Source: an uncultured Anaerolineaceae bacterium (GTDB taxonomy: Bacteria; Planctomycetota; Phycisphaerae; FEN-1346; JAACEH01). From it: a stretch of DNA of 64,000 nt. Location of the stretch: assembly GCA_964500225.1 (NCBI GenBank), contig CAZCOA010000002.1:37022-101021 (forward strand), read 5' to 3'. Positions 19,323 to 28,214 of this stretch are shown piece by piece. Each line of letters begins with the position of its first letter. The stretch's first letter is position 1. The position numbers and the translations under genes were made by a program. Under the pieces are notes generated by a model, which did no database searches, was not told where the DNA came from, and saw nothing but the letters and a program-made list of their open reading frames with translations.

Positions 19323-22300
19323 GTGGGCAGCAGAAGGAACCATCCGTCACGCGTCATGGCCGTGGTCGCGGCACTGGCGGCCGTGTGGCTGGCCGGCATG
19401 ACGGCGCAAGCGGCGTCGGCGCCCGCCTCGGAGTCTCCGGCGGCCGAGTCTTCTGATGCGCAGCCGGCGGCGCCGACGCCGGGCGCCGGGCAGACCGATG
19501 CCGATGCGCCCGCCGCCGAGAAGCCGTCGGAGCCGGCGGGCCCCCACCCCGACGTATCCGACGAGGACAAAGCCCGGGCCGTGTACCACTACGCCTTGGC
19601 GCGCGAACATATCGCCGCCGAGCGATTCGACGAGGCCATCCACGAACTCGAAGAGGCCGCGCGGCTGGATCCTGGCAGCGCACTGATCCTGCGTGAGCTG
19701 GCCGACGTATATCAGCAGAAGGGCAACGCCGCCAAATCGCAGGAGATTTACGGGCGCATCCTGGCCGCCAACCCGGACGATACCGAGGCGATCTACGGTC
19801 TGGGCAGGTATCACCTGAACCGGAACGATTTCGACAAGGCCGCCGACTGCTTCCGCCAAGTGGTCGAGAAATCGAAGGATGCAGCGTCGGACCGCTTCGT
19901 CGGCCTGTCGCTCTATTTGTTGGGCCGCATCCACGCGTCGCAGAAAAACATGGCCGAGGAGGCGGCCGCATACGACCGCCTCGCCCGCTGGCTGGACCAG
20001 TCGCCGGCGGCAATGCAGCGCGACGCCGAACTGTCGCGCATGGTCGATCCGCAGTTTCTGCACGTGCTGGTCGGTCGCACGGTGCAGCTCTACATGCGTG
20101 TGAAGGAACCGGCGAAGGCGGTTGCCCTGCTGAAGGAAGTGACCGGCGTGCTGGAGAAGCCTGGGCTTGGCCCGTCGGCGGTGCTGTGGCTGCTGAACAA
20201 CCAACAGAACGATCTGGCCCTGGATCTGGCGATGGAGATTCAGCGGCGGCGCACGGACGACGAGTCCGCCTATCATCTGCTGGCCCGGGTGTTCGGCCAG
20301 TCGAACAACCACGAAGGGTTCATCCGGACGTTCCGCGAGTTGGCCGAGCGGCACCCGCATCTGAGCGTAATCCGGATGCTGCTGGGTCAGGAACTGCTGC
20401 GGACCGGCGACGTGGAGGCGGGTGTGGCGATGATCGAGGCGGTGCTCGATGGAACCGACCCGCGTCTGCCCGGCCACGTGGCCGACAGCTCGATGCCCGC
20501 AACGATTCAGGCACTGCTTGCCAAGGGTGACACGGCTGCAGCCCTGAAGTTGGCGCTGGCTGTGCAGCGGCGATGGCCGACGGACGCCGAGAGCTATGAG
20601 CTGCTGAAGCAAGCCTACGACAAGCATAGCGACGACGAGATGTTCCTGAAGAAGTTCCGCGAGTTCCACGAGGCACAGCCCGGGCTGTCTATCGTGACGC
20701 GGCTGCTCGGCGAGAAGCTGATCCAGATGGGTCGCGGCGATGAAGGCGCACAGCTGTTGGAGGAACTGGTTGCGTCATCCGATCCGGTCGTGGTCGGGGC
20801 GGCGCGCACGAACCTGTTGGCCTATTATCAGACCGGCCGGCAGCCGGCGCATGTGCTCAAGCTGTACGCACAGGCTGTGTCGGAGAAGAAAGACTGCGAG
20901 TCGCAATACTGGCGTTTGCGGTCGCGGCTGCTGCGGCTCCAATCGCGCGACGATGCACCGTCAGAGGAGTTTCAACGGTTGCGGCGCGAGGCCGCCGAGC
21001 AGGAGCAGCAAATCGAACAACTCGACGCGCTGGTACGGCAGCTTGCGGATTTCATCGACACGATTGAGGATCGCGGGGCTGTTCTGGCCGATCTGCGCAC
21101 GCTGTTGGCCGACGAGTTGCGGTCGGGGCCTGGACCGGCGTTCGTGCTGGGCATGGTGGCCCAGATGGACGATCCGGCGGCGGCAGCCGAGGATTTCCGG
21201 ACGGTCCTGGAAGTGAACCCTGGGTTCACTCGCGGATATGAGCGCCTGACGGCCGTGCTGATCCGCCTGGACCGGCTGATGGATGCACTGGACGTGTCGC
21301 GCGAGGCGGTGGAGCGGCTGGATAGTCTCGGGTGGAAGAGCGTGTTTTTCCGCCGCATGGCGCGGATCTACGAGATGGTGGATCGGGACGCCGACGCGAT
21401 CATGACGTATCGCACGATTCTGAAGCTGAACCAGGGCGATAACGGGTCGCGGTACAATCTGTCGGGCGTTCTGGCCCGCATCGGTCGCACGGCAGAGGCC
21501 CGTGCGTTGATGGAGGAATCGATCGAAGCCGATCCCGCGTCGTCGCGGCCGTATGTGGAATTGGCGATGTTTCTTCGGGACCAGGGAGACGTGGACGGGG
21601 CCCTGTTGGCCTTGGATCGCGGCCTGGACCAAGTGACGGACGAGGATCAGTTGGGCCTCCTGCTGTACTACCGAGCGATGCTGCTGGAGGACCGCGGCGC
21701 GTCGGACGAGGCAATGGCCGTGATCGACCGCCTGGAGGCCATGGCTGCCTTCGAGCAAGACGCCCGGCAACTTCGGGCCGACGTGCTGATGTCGATGGAA
21801 AAGTACGACGAGGCTCGCAAGCTGATCGACGCGATGGTGGCCTCCAAGCCCGACGACAGCGAGGCGATGCAGTTGCTGGCCACGTGGCACGAGCGTCGAG
21901 GCGAGCCGGAGAAAGCCGAAGAGCTGATGCAGGCCATTCTGAAGAAGCACCCGCGCGACAGCGGAGTCAACAACAACCTCGGCTACATGTGGGCCGACCG
22001 GGGGGTGCGACTGGCCGAGAGTGAGCAGATGATCCGCCTGTCGCTCCAGGAGAATCCCGAATCGTCGGCCACGCTGGACAGCCTTGGCTGGGTGCTCTAC
22101 AAACAGAACCGGCTGGACGAGGCGCTCGTGTACCTTCAGCGAAGCGTGCGCCTGAGCCCGCAGGCTAGTCCCGTGATCTGGGACCACCTGGGCGATGCGC
22201 TGGTGCGGCTGAACCGCCTGGATGAGGCGCGTGCGGCGTACCGGCGTGCGGCCGAGCTGCTTGAGCGGCGACACGTGCGTTTGCAGCGGGACGAGCAGTT

Positions 22301-22412
22301 GATCCGCGAGCTGGTGCCGCGGAAGCTGGAGGCGCTGGATCAGGGGAAACCTGTGCCGACGGCGCCTCTGGGCAGAGACCTATCCGAAAAGGACGGAGCC
22401 ACAGGGCAATAG
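19323..22412 (+). CDS. secreted tetratricopeptide-repeat protein
   Basis: Signal peptide MAVVAALAAVWLAGMTAQAASA, then Ala/Pro/Glu-rich linker, then >20 TPR-like repeats over ~950 aa. Start may be 19356. Confidence 0.7.
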   Translation: MGSRRNHPSRVMAVVAALAAVWLAGMTAQAASAPASESPAAESSDAQPAAPTPGAGQTDADAPAAEKPSEPAGPHPDVSDEDKARAVYHYALAREHIAAERFDEAIHELEEAARLDPGSALILRELADVYQQKGNAAKSQEIYGRILAANPDDTEAIYGLGRYHLNRNDFDKAADCFRQVVEKSKDAASDRFVGLSLYLLGRIHASQKNMAEEAAAYDRLARWLDQSPAAMQRDAELSRMVDPQFLHVLVGRTVQLYMRVKEPAKAVALLKEVTGVLEKPGLGPSAVLWLLNNQQNDLALDLAMEIQRRRTDDESAYHLLARVFGQSNNHEGFIRTFRELAERHPHLSVIRMLLGQELLRTGDVEAGVAMIEAVLDGTDPRLPGHVADSSMPATIQALLAKGDTAAALKLALAVQRRWPTDAESYELLKQAYDKHSDDEMFLKKFREFHEAQPGLSIVTRLLGEKLIQMGRGDEGAQLLEELVASSDPVVVGAARTNLLAYYQTGRQPAHVLKLYAQAVSEKKDCESQYWRLRSRLLRLQSRDDAPSEEFQRLRREAAEQEQQIEQLDALVRQLADFIDTIEDRGAVLADLRTLLADELRSGPGPAFVLGMVAQMDDPAAAAEDFRTVLEVNPGFTRGYERLTAVLIRLDRLMDALDVSREAVERLDSLGWKSVFFRRMARIYEMVDRDADAIMTYRTILKLNQGDNGSRYNLSGVLARIGRTAEARALMEESIEADPASSRPYVELAMFLRDQGDVDGALLALDRGLDQVTDEDQLGLLLYYRAMLLEDRGASDEAMAVIDRLEAMAAFEQDARQLRADVLMSMEKYDEARKLIDAMVASKPDDSEAMQLLATWHERRGEPEKAEELMQAILKKHPRDSGVNNNLGYMWADRGVRLAESEQMIRLSLQENPESSATLDSLGWVLYKQNRLDEALVYLQRSVRLSPQASPVIWDHLGDALVRLNRLDEARAAYRRAAELLERRHVRLQRDEQLIRELVPRKLEALDQGKPVPTAPLGRDLSEKDGATGQ

Positions 22413-22426
22413 TAAGGGGACGACCT

Positions 22427-23179
22427 ATGTCGGGACATTCTCATTGGGCGACCATCAAAAGGAAGAAGGCCGGCGTGGATGCCAAACGCGGGGCGGAGTT
22501 CAGCAAGGTGGCCAAGCTGATCACGGTGGCGGCGCGTCACGGCGGCGGGGATCCGTCGATGAACCTGAGCCTGCGGTACGCGATTGAAAAAGCCCGCTCG
22601 GTCAACATGCCTCGCGACAATATCGAACGGGCCATCAAGAAAGGCACCGGCGAATTGCAAGGGGCCGCCCTGGAAAGCCTGCGCTACGAGGCCTATGCGC
22701 CGGGTGGCGTTGCCATCCTGATCGACGCGCTGAGCGACAACCGCAACCGGACGGCCGGCGAAATCCGGTCGATTCTCGAGAAACACGGCGGCAGCCTGGC
22801 GGCGGTGAACTCCGTGGCGCGGCTGTTCGAGCGCAAGGGGACGATTACCGTGCCGGTGGCCGCCGTGAGCGAGGAGCGTATCATGGAGATCGCCCTGGAG
22901 CACGGGGCGGATGACGTCGTCAGCAAGGACGATGTGCACGAAATCACGTGCAGCCCGGAAGCATTCGAGGGACTGGTCAAGGCCCTGGAGACTGCCGGCA
23001 TTCAGCCCCAGCGGGCGGCGGTCGAGCCGCTACCGAGCATCACGGTCCGGCTGGATGCGGACACTGCGGCGAAGGTGCTGAAGTTGATTGAGCTGCTCGA
23101 TGACCATGACGACGTTTCCGAAGTGTATGCCAACTTTGACGTGAGCGACGAGGTGATGGCGCAGTTGCAGAAAGGGTAA
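22427..23179 (+). CDS. yebC: YebC/PmpR family DNA-binding transcriptional regulator
   Basis: MSGHSHWATIKRKKAGVDAKRGAEFSKVAKLITVAARHGGGDPSMNLSLRYAIEKARSVNMPRDNIERAIKKG is near-invariant YebC N-terminus. Confidence 0.9.
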   Translation: MSGHSHWATIKRKKAGVDAKRGAEFSKVAKLITVAARHGGGDPSMNLSLRYAIEKARSVNMPRDNIERAIKKGTGELQGAALESLRYEAYAPGGVAILIDALSDNRNRTAGEIRSILEKHGGSLAAVNSVARLFERKGTITVPVAAVSEERIMEIALEHGADDVVSKDDVHEITCSPEAFEGLVKALETAGIQPQRAAVEPLPSITVRLDADTAAKVLKLIELLDDHDDVSEVYANFDVSDEVMAQLQKG

Positions 23180-23226
23180 GCCGCCCGCCCTGCCCTACCG
23201 CGCCGAGGAACTCTTTTTGTCCGCGT

Positions 23227-24681
23227 TTGCAGACGATGGGTGACACTATGGCGGATCCCGAAAAAGTCGTCAAATTGCTCAATAAGAAGGCGGTGCAGTC
23301 GGTGTTCCGCCGCATCACGCGGCGGCGCAGCGACGGCGGCTGCACACTGGCCGACTTCTTTCGGGCCTATGCCACGGGCGAGATGAGCCTTGCTCAGCGA
23401 GCGAAGTTCGCCATGCCGATGTGGATCACCGAATACATCCGCAAGCGCACGGGGGCGTCGCGTGACACGCTGCGCCGCCGCGTTTTCGGCCACGGGCCAA
23501 CGGCCCGCGCCCTGGTCAACACGGTCCGCAGCGTGGGTCACTATGGTCTCACGGAGCCGCAGCAGTTCGTCGCGCCGCTCATGGTGGTCTGGAACTTCAC
23601 ACAGGCGTGCAACTTCCGATGCCAACATTGCTACCAGAATGCACATAGGGCCCTGGACGACGAGTTGACGCCCGAGGAGAAGATCGCCGTCGTGGATCGC
23701 CTGGCAGCCATGGACGTGTCGATGCTGGCGTTCTCGGGCGGCGAGCCGCTCATGGGCCGCCATTTCTGGGAAACCGCCCGGCACGCCGCGGACGTGGGAT
23801 TCCACATGTCCGTGGCCACCAACGGATCGCTCTGCACGCCCGAGAACGTGCAACGGCTGGTGGATTGCGGTATCGGCTACACTGAGATTTCGCTCGATTC
23901 GATCGATCCGGCCAAGCACGACCACTTCCGCGGCGGCAAAGGTTATTGGGAGGCCGCGGTCCGTGGCATCGACAACTGTGTGGCCCACCCCCACATGAAG
24001 ACGGGCGTGGCCACCACCGTGACGAAGCTGAATATCGACGAGCTGGAGCAGATCATCCAGTGGGCGATCGACCGCGGGGTTGATACGTTCTACGCCTTCA
24101 ACTTCATTCCGACAGGCCGCGGCAAAGATATTGTCGATATGGATCTGTCGCCGAGCGAGCGCGAGCGGATGTTGGCGATTCTCCAGAAGACGCTGCTGGA
24201 GGACAAGATCGCCGTGATGAGTTCGGCGACGCAGTACGGCCGCGCGTGCATCGAGCTGGGCGACGCCGAGTCGCCCATCAACACGGGACATTACGGCTAC
24301 TCGTCGGGCAAGAAAACGCGGATTCTGGCCAAGTACGTCGGCGGTTGCGGCGCGGGGCGATGCTACTGCGCGATCCAGCCCAACGGCAAGGTCACGCCCT
24401 GCGTGTTCATGCCCATCGAGATCGGCGACATCCGGCAGGACGACTTCGAGCAGATGTGGCTCAACGATCCGCTGCTGAAGGTGCTGCGCGACCGCGAGGA
24501 CCGCACCGGCCACTGCAAGGTTTGCCAATACAAGCACTATTGCGGCGGCTGCCGGGCCCGTAGTTACGGCTACTTCGGCGATGTCCGCAAGAGCGACCCC
24601 GGCTGCAAGTTCAACGAGGCCGAGTGGCAGGAAGTGCTCGCGGCATCGGCTCGTGCGGCGGATCAGGCCGCGGGGCAGTAG
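23227..24681 (+). CDS. radical SAM/SPASM-domain protein (NirJ/AhbC/AhbD/PqqE-like maturase clade) with ~110-aa N-terminal extension
   Basis: CNFRCQHC (CX3CX2C) preceded by VVWNFTQA. Glycine-rich SAM motif SGGEPL. C-terminal SPASM cysteines (CGAGRCYC...GKVTPC...CKVCQYKHYCGGCRARS...DPGC). Confidence 0.75.
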   Translation: MQTMGDTMADPEKVVKLLNKKAVQSVFRRITRRRSDGGCTLADFFRAYATGEMSLAQRAKFAMPMWITEYIRKRTGASRDTLRRRVFGHGPTARALVNTVRSVGHYGLTEPQQFVAPLMVVWNFTQACNFRCQHCYQNAHRALDDELTPEEKIAVVDRLAAMDVSMLAFSGGEPLMGRHFWETARHAADVGFHMSVATNGSLCTPENVQRLVDCGIGYTEISLDSIDPAKHDHFRGGKGYWEAAVRGIDNCVAHPHMKTGVATTVTKLNIDELEQIIQWAIDRGVDTFYAFNFIPTGRGKDIVDMDLSPSERERMLAILQKTLLEDKIAVMSSATQYGRACIELGDAESPINTGHYGYSSGKKTRILAKYVGGCGAGRCYCAIQPNGKVTPCVFMPIEIGDIRQDDFEQMWLNDPLLKVLRDREDRTGHCKVCQYKHYCGGCRARSYGYFGDVRKSDPGCKFNEAEWQEVLAASARAADQAAGQ

Positions 24682-24780
24682 CCACAGGCCCATCCGGCGC
24701 CGCCGGGCAGTTCGGCAGCTCTCCTCTGGACAGCGAACAAGCGAACATCCGTTGTGGGGACGACTCGCGAGCCGCCCCCC

Positions 24781-25959
24781 CTACCCTTTGGCGTGGTGGT
24801 TCAGGGCGGCCTGGGCGTACATAGCGGTCCCCTGCCACAGGACGTCCTCGTCGATGCGGAAGTGGGGATTGTGGTGGGCCGCGGTGATCCCCTTGGCGGG
24901 ATTGCCAACGCCGAGAAAGATCATTGCGCCCGGCACGCGCTGGAGAACGTAGCAGAAGTCCTCGCCGCCAAACTTCTTCTCGACGGGCGTGAGGCGCCCC
25001 GGGCCGAAGAGTTGCTCCGCGGTCGCCTGCAAGTCGGCCGCCACGGCGGCATCGTTGACCACGGTGCCGTACCCGTGGGAAAACTGAAGGTCAATCGTGA
25101 CACCGCAGGCGATTTCGATGCCGTTAACGATGTCGCGGATGAATTTGATGACGCGATTCCTCGTGCGTTCGCAATGGGTCCGCAGCGTGCCGGCCACCTC
25201 GACGGTATCGGGGATGACGTTATAGGCGTCGCCGCCGTGGATCATGCACATGCTGAGGACGCCGACATCGTGCGGTTTGATGCGGCGGCTCATGATGGTC
25301 TGAAGGCTGAGGATCAACTGGGCAGCCGCGACCACGGGGTCAATACACAATTCGGGAGTGGCGGCATGTCCGCCGCGACCGTTGATGCGCAGGGTGATGG
25401 CGTCAGCCTCGGCCATGACGGGCCCGGCCTGGATCCCCCAGAGGCCGGCCTCGTGAGCGGTGAAGACATGAATGGCCAGGGCTCGGTCCACGCCGTCGAG
25501 GACGCCTTCTTCGACCATGGCGGCCGCGCCGCCCGGGGGCTGCTCCTCGGACGGCTGGAACATGAGCCGCACCGACGCCTTCAACTCGCTGCGATGGCGT
25601 GCCAGAAGCCGCGCCGCCCCCAGCAACATGGCCACATGGGCGTCGTGGCCGCACAGGTGCGAGCAGCCGGGGATCTGCGACGTGAAACTTTCACCCGAGG
25701 CTTCCTGGACGGGCAGCGCGTCCATGTCGGCCCGAAGCAGGATGCGTCCGGCGGCGCCGGGCACGTCGAGGTCGCCGACCACGCCGGTCTTGCCGACGTT
25801 GCGTCGCACGGCAAACCCCAGCCGCTCGAGTTCATCGGCCACCACGCCCGCCGTCCGATGCTCCTGGAACCCCAGTTCGGGGTGCTGGTGCAGGTCGCGG
25901 CGCCAGGCGACGATCTGTTCCTGCAATGCGTACGCTTCCTGGGCTATGGATGCACTCAC
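24781..25959 (-). CDS. M20D-family amidohydrolase (N-acyl-L-amino acid / hippurate hydrolase-like)
   Basis: AWRRDLHQHPELGFQE opening, metal ligands (CGHDAH, ...EE...) typical of peptidase M20D. Start chosen at GTG 25959 (VSASIAQ...), giving GTGA overlap with the upstream gene's stop. The ORF could extend to 25992. Confidence 0.75.
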   Translation of the reverse strand: MSASIAQEAYALQEQIVAWRRDLHQHPELGFQEHRTAGVVADELERLGFAVRRNVGKTGVVGDLDVPGAAGRILLRADMDALPVQEASGESFTSQIPGCSHLCGHDAHVAMLLGAARLLARHRSELKASVRLMFQPSEEQPPGGAAAMVEEGVLDGVDRALAIHVFTAHEAGLWGIQAGPVMAEADAITLRINGRGGHAATPELCIDPVVAAAQLILSLQTIMSRRIKPHDVGVLSMCMIHGGDAYNVIPDTVEVAGTLRTHCERTRNRVIKFIRDIVNGIEIACGVTIDLQFSHGYGTVVNDAAVAADLQATAEQLFGPGRLTPVEKKFGGEDFCYVLQRVPGAMIFLGVGNPAKGITAAHHNPHFRIDEDVLWQGTAMYAQAALNHHAKG

Positions 25960-26741
25960 GTTCCGCCCTTTCTCCTGCCTCGCGCGAGCCACTCGGGATC
26001 GGCGAACCGGTCGCGTCGAATTCGCTCGGCGTCCCGTCGTTCCTCGTCCGACAGTTCGGACTGTTCGAAGACAACGTCCAGCGTTTCGGCGAACCGCTCG
26101 GCCAGGGGCCGCGCGAGTTCGTCGAACGTCACTGGGCGTCCGAGCAATTGGGCCAGTCCGAGGGTGGCTTCCTGCCGGTTGTCGTCGAGCATGATCGACC
26201 CGTGCTGGAGAACGCCTCCGTCGGCGCGTCGTTGAGCGCTGCCGGCCAGCTTGAGCGACCGCGCGATTATATCGGTGGAGCCGGCGCGGGCGAAGCAGAA
26301 AAACGGGCCCCGCTGGGCGCGCTCGCCGCGCTGCTCGCCGCGCACTTCCACCGTACCCCCCAGGTCGGCCACGGCCGCCACGATCGCGCGGTTGACCAGG
26401 TCGTAGAGCATCGGGCCGTCCAGCAGGTCTGCCGGCACGGCCACCGAGTAGGTGAGCTCCTGATCGTGGAGAATGGCGCCGCCGCCGGTAGCGCGGCGGA
26501 CCACGGGCCAGCGGTCACGGACGTCGGGCGGTATCTCGTCGAGAGACTGGAAGTACCCCAGCGACAGGGTCGGCCGATTCCAGGCGTAAAGACGCAGAGC
26601 AGGCCGCCCCCCACGGGCCACCTGCTCGAGCAAGACCTGGTCCACCGCCATGTTCCAGTCGCCGGGCGAAGGTGGATGAATAATCAATCGCCACGGGCCG
26701 TTCACGGGGTCACCTTCGGCATCCGGTCCATCACTTGGCAT
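25956..26741 (-). CDS. lipoate-protein ligase / octanoyltransferase family protein (BPL/LPL catalytic domain only)
   Basis: Internal ATG 26741 (MPSDG...). RRATGGGAILHD motif of LplA/LipM/LipB catalytic domain. 261 aa with no LplA C-terminal domain. Overlaps the gcvPB stop by ~11 nt. Confidence 0.7.
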   Translation of the reverse strand: MPSDGPDAEGDPVNGPWRLIIHPPSPGDWNMAVDQVLLEQVARGGRPALRLYAWNRPTLSLGYFQSLDEIPPDVRDRWPVVRRATGGGAILHDQELTYSVAVPADLLDGPMLYDLVNRAIVAAVADLGGTVEVRGEQRGERAQRGPFFCFARAGSTDIIARSLKLAGSAQRRADGGVLQHGSIMLDDNRQEATLGLAQLLGRPVTFDELARPLAERFAETLDVVFEQSELSDEERRDAERIRRDRFADPEWLARGRRKGGT

Positions 26742-28191
26742 CGTCCCACATGTAGCGCAGGTCGAGGTCCTTGGCGGCACGGACTTCGTCGGCACGGCTG
26801 ACGGACGTCGCGTGCGGCGCGTTGTGGAGTTTGTCGGCGTCGGCCTTGGCCTCGGCGACAATGTCGGCCAGCACAGAGGCAAACCCATCGAGGGTCCGTC
26901 GCCGCTCGGTCTCCGTGGGCTCGATCATCATGGCCTCGTCCACGATCAGCGGGAAGTAGACCGTCGGCGGGTGGATGCCGTAATCGATGAGTCGTTTGGC
27001 CACGTCGAGCGTCCGAACGCCGTAAGCCTTCTTCAGCGGCGTGCCCGAGAGGACGAACTCGTGCATGCAGTCGCCGGCATAGGGAGTGGCGAATTCCTTG
27101 GGGCACTTGCTCTGGAGGTAGCGTGCATTGAGAACGGCATTCTCGGCGACCTCCCGGACGCCCTTGGCGCCAAGACGACGGAGATAGCAGTACGCCCTCA
27201 GGAGGACGCCCGTCTGGCCGAGGAAAGCACGCACGCGGCCGATGCTCTTGGGGCGTCCCGTATCCACCAGGTGGAACACGCCGGTCTCGCTGCGTTCGAT
27301 CGTCGGCACGGGCAGGAACGGTACGAGGTCGGCCGCCACGGCGATCGGTCCGGCGCCGGGTCCGCCGCCGCCGTGAGGCGTCGATAGCGTCTTGTGCGTA
27401 TTGATGTGCAGTGCATCGGCGCCCCAGTCGCCCGGGCGAGAGATACCAAGAATCGCATTGAGGTTGGCCCCGTCGATGTACAGCTTCGCGCCGACGCCGT
27501 GCAGAAGCTTTGCCACTTCGCCGACATCGGTCTCGAACAGGCCGAGGGTGTTCGGGCACGTCAGCATCATCCCGGCGACGGACGGGTCGAGCTTGCTTCG
27601 CAGGTCGTCCAGGTCGATGAGGCCGCGCTCATTCGAGCGAACCTGAACGATCTTGAATCCCGCGATGGCCGCACTGGCGGGATTGGTGCCGTGGGCGCTG
27701 TCGGGGACGAGGATCGTGGTCCGCCGCTCGCCGCGATCGCGGAACCAGGCAGCAAACATGAGCATGGCGGTCAGTTCGCCGTGGGCGCCGGCAGCCGGCT
27801 GGAGGCTCACGCCCGGCAATCCGGTGATCTCCTTGAGCATCTCCTGGAGCTGCCACAGGATCGCCAGCGTGCCCTGGCAGTCTTCGTCGAACTGGTACGG
27901 GTGAAGGCCGGTGAATTCGGGCATCGACGACAACTGTTCGTTGACCCGCGGGTTGTATTTCATCGTACACGACCCGAGGGGATAGAAGTTGGTGTCAACC
28001 GAGAAGTTTTCGCGGCTCAGCAACGTCAGGTGCCGCACGACGCTGCGCTCGGCCACCTCGGGCAATCGCGGCGGCTTGCGACGGAGCAGATTCTCCGGCA
28101 GGACCGGTCCGGTGTGGGGCACGTCCGAGGGGGGAAACTCCACGGCTCGCTGGCCGGGTTGCGACTTCTCGAAGATCAACGGTTCCGGCAT
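26731..28191 (-). CDS. gcvPB: glycine dehydrogenase (aminomethyl-transferring) subunit 2
   Basis: 486 aa. MPEPLIFEKSQPGQRAVEFP... N-terminus and PLP-lysine region typical of GcvPB. Confidence 0.9.
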   Translation of the reverse strand: MPEPLIFEKSQPGQRAVEFPPSDVPHTGPVLPENLLRRKPPRLPEVAERSVVRHLTLLSRENFSVDTNFYPLGSCTMKYNPRVNEQLSSMPEFTGLHPYQFDEDCQGTLAILWQLQEMLKEITGLPGVSLQPAAGAHGELTAMLMFAAWFRDRGERRTTILVPDSAHGTNPASAAIAGFKIVQVRSNERGLIDLDDLRSKLDPSVAGMMLTCPNTLGLFETDVGEVAKLLHGVGAKLYIDGANLNAILGISRPGDWGADALHINTHKTLSTPHGGGGPGAGPIAVAADLVPFLPVPTIERSETGVFHLVDTGRPKSIGRVRAFLGQTGVLLRAYCYLRRLGAKGVREVAENAVLNARYLQSKCPKEFATPYAGDCMHEFVLSGTPLKKAYGVRTLDVAKRLIDYGIHPPTVYFPLIVDEAMMIEPTETERRRTLDGFASVLADIVAEAKADADKLHNAPHATSVSRADEVRAAKDLDLRYMWDDAK

Positions 28192-28214
28192 GGCGGACTA
28201 TTCCTTTCGGCCGC

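Noticed and set aside
24581-24952. ORFs 24581..24952 + and 24624..24824 + as possible radical SAM precursor peptides
   Set aside because: Arg/Pro-rich translation overlapping the 3' end of the convergent M20D gene. No Cys/Gly-rich core or leader-like features.
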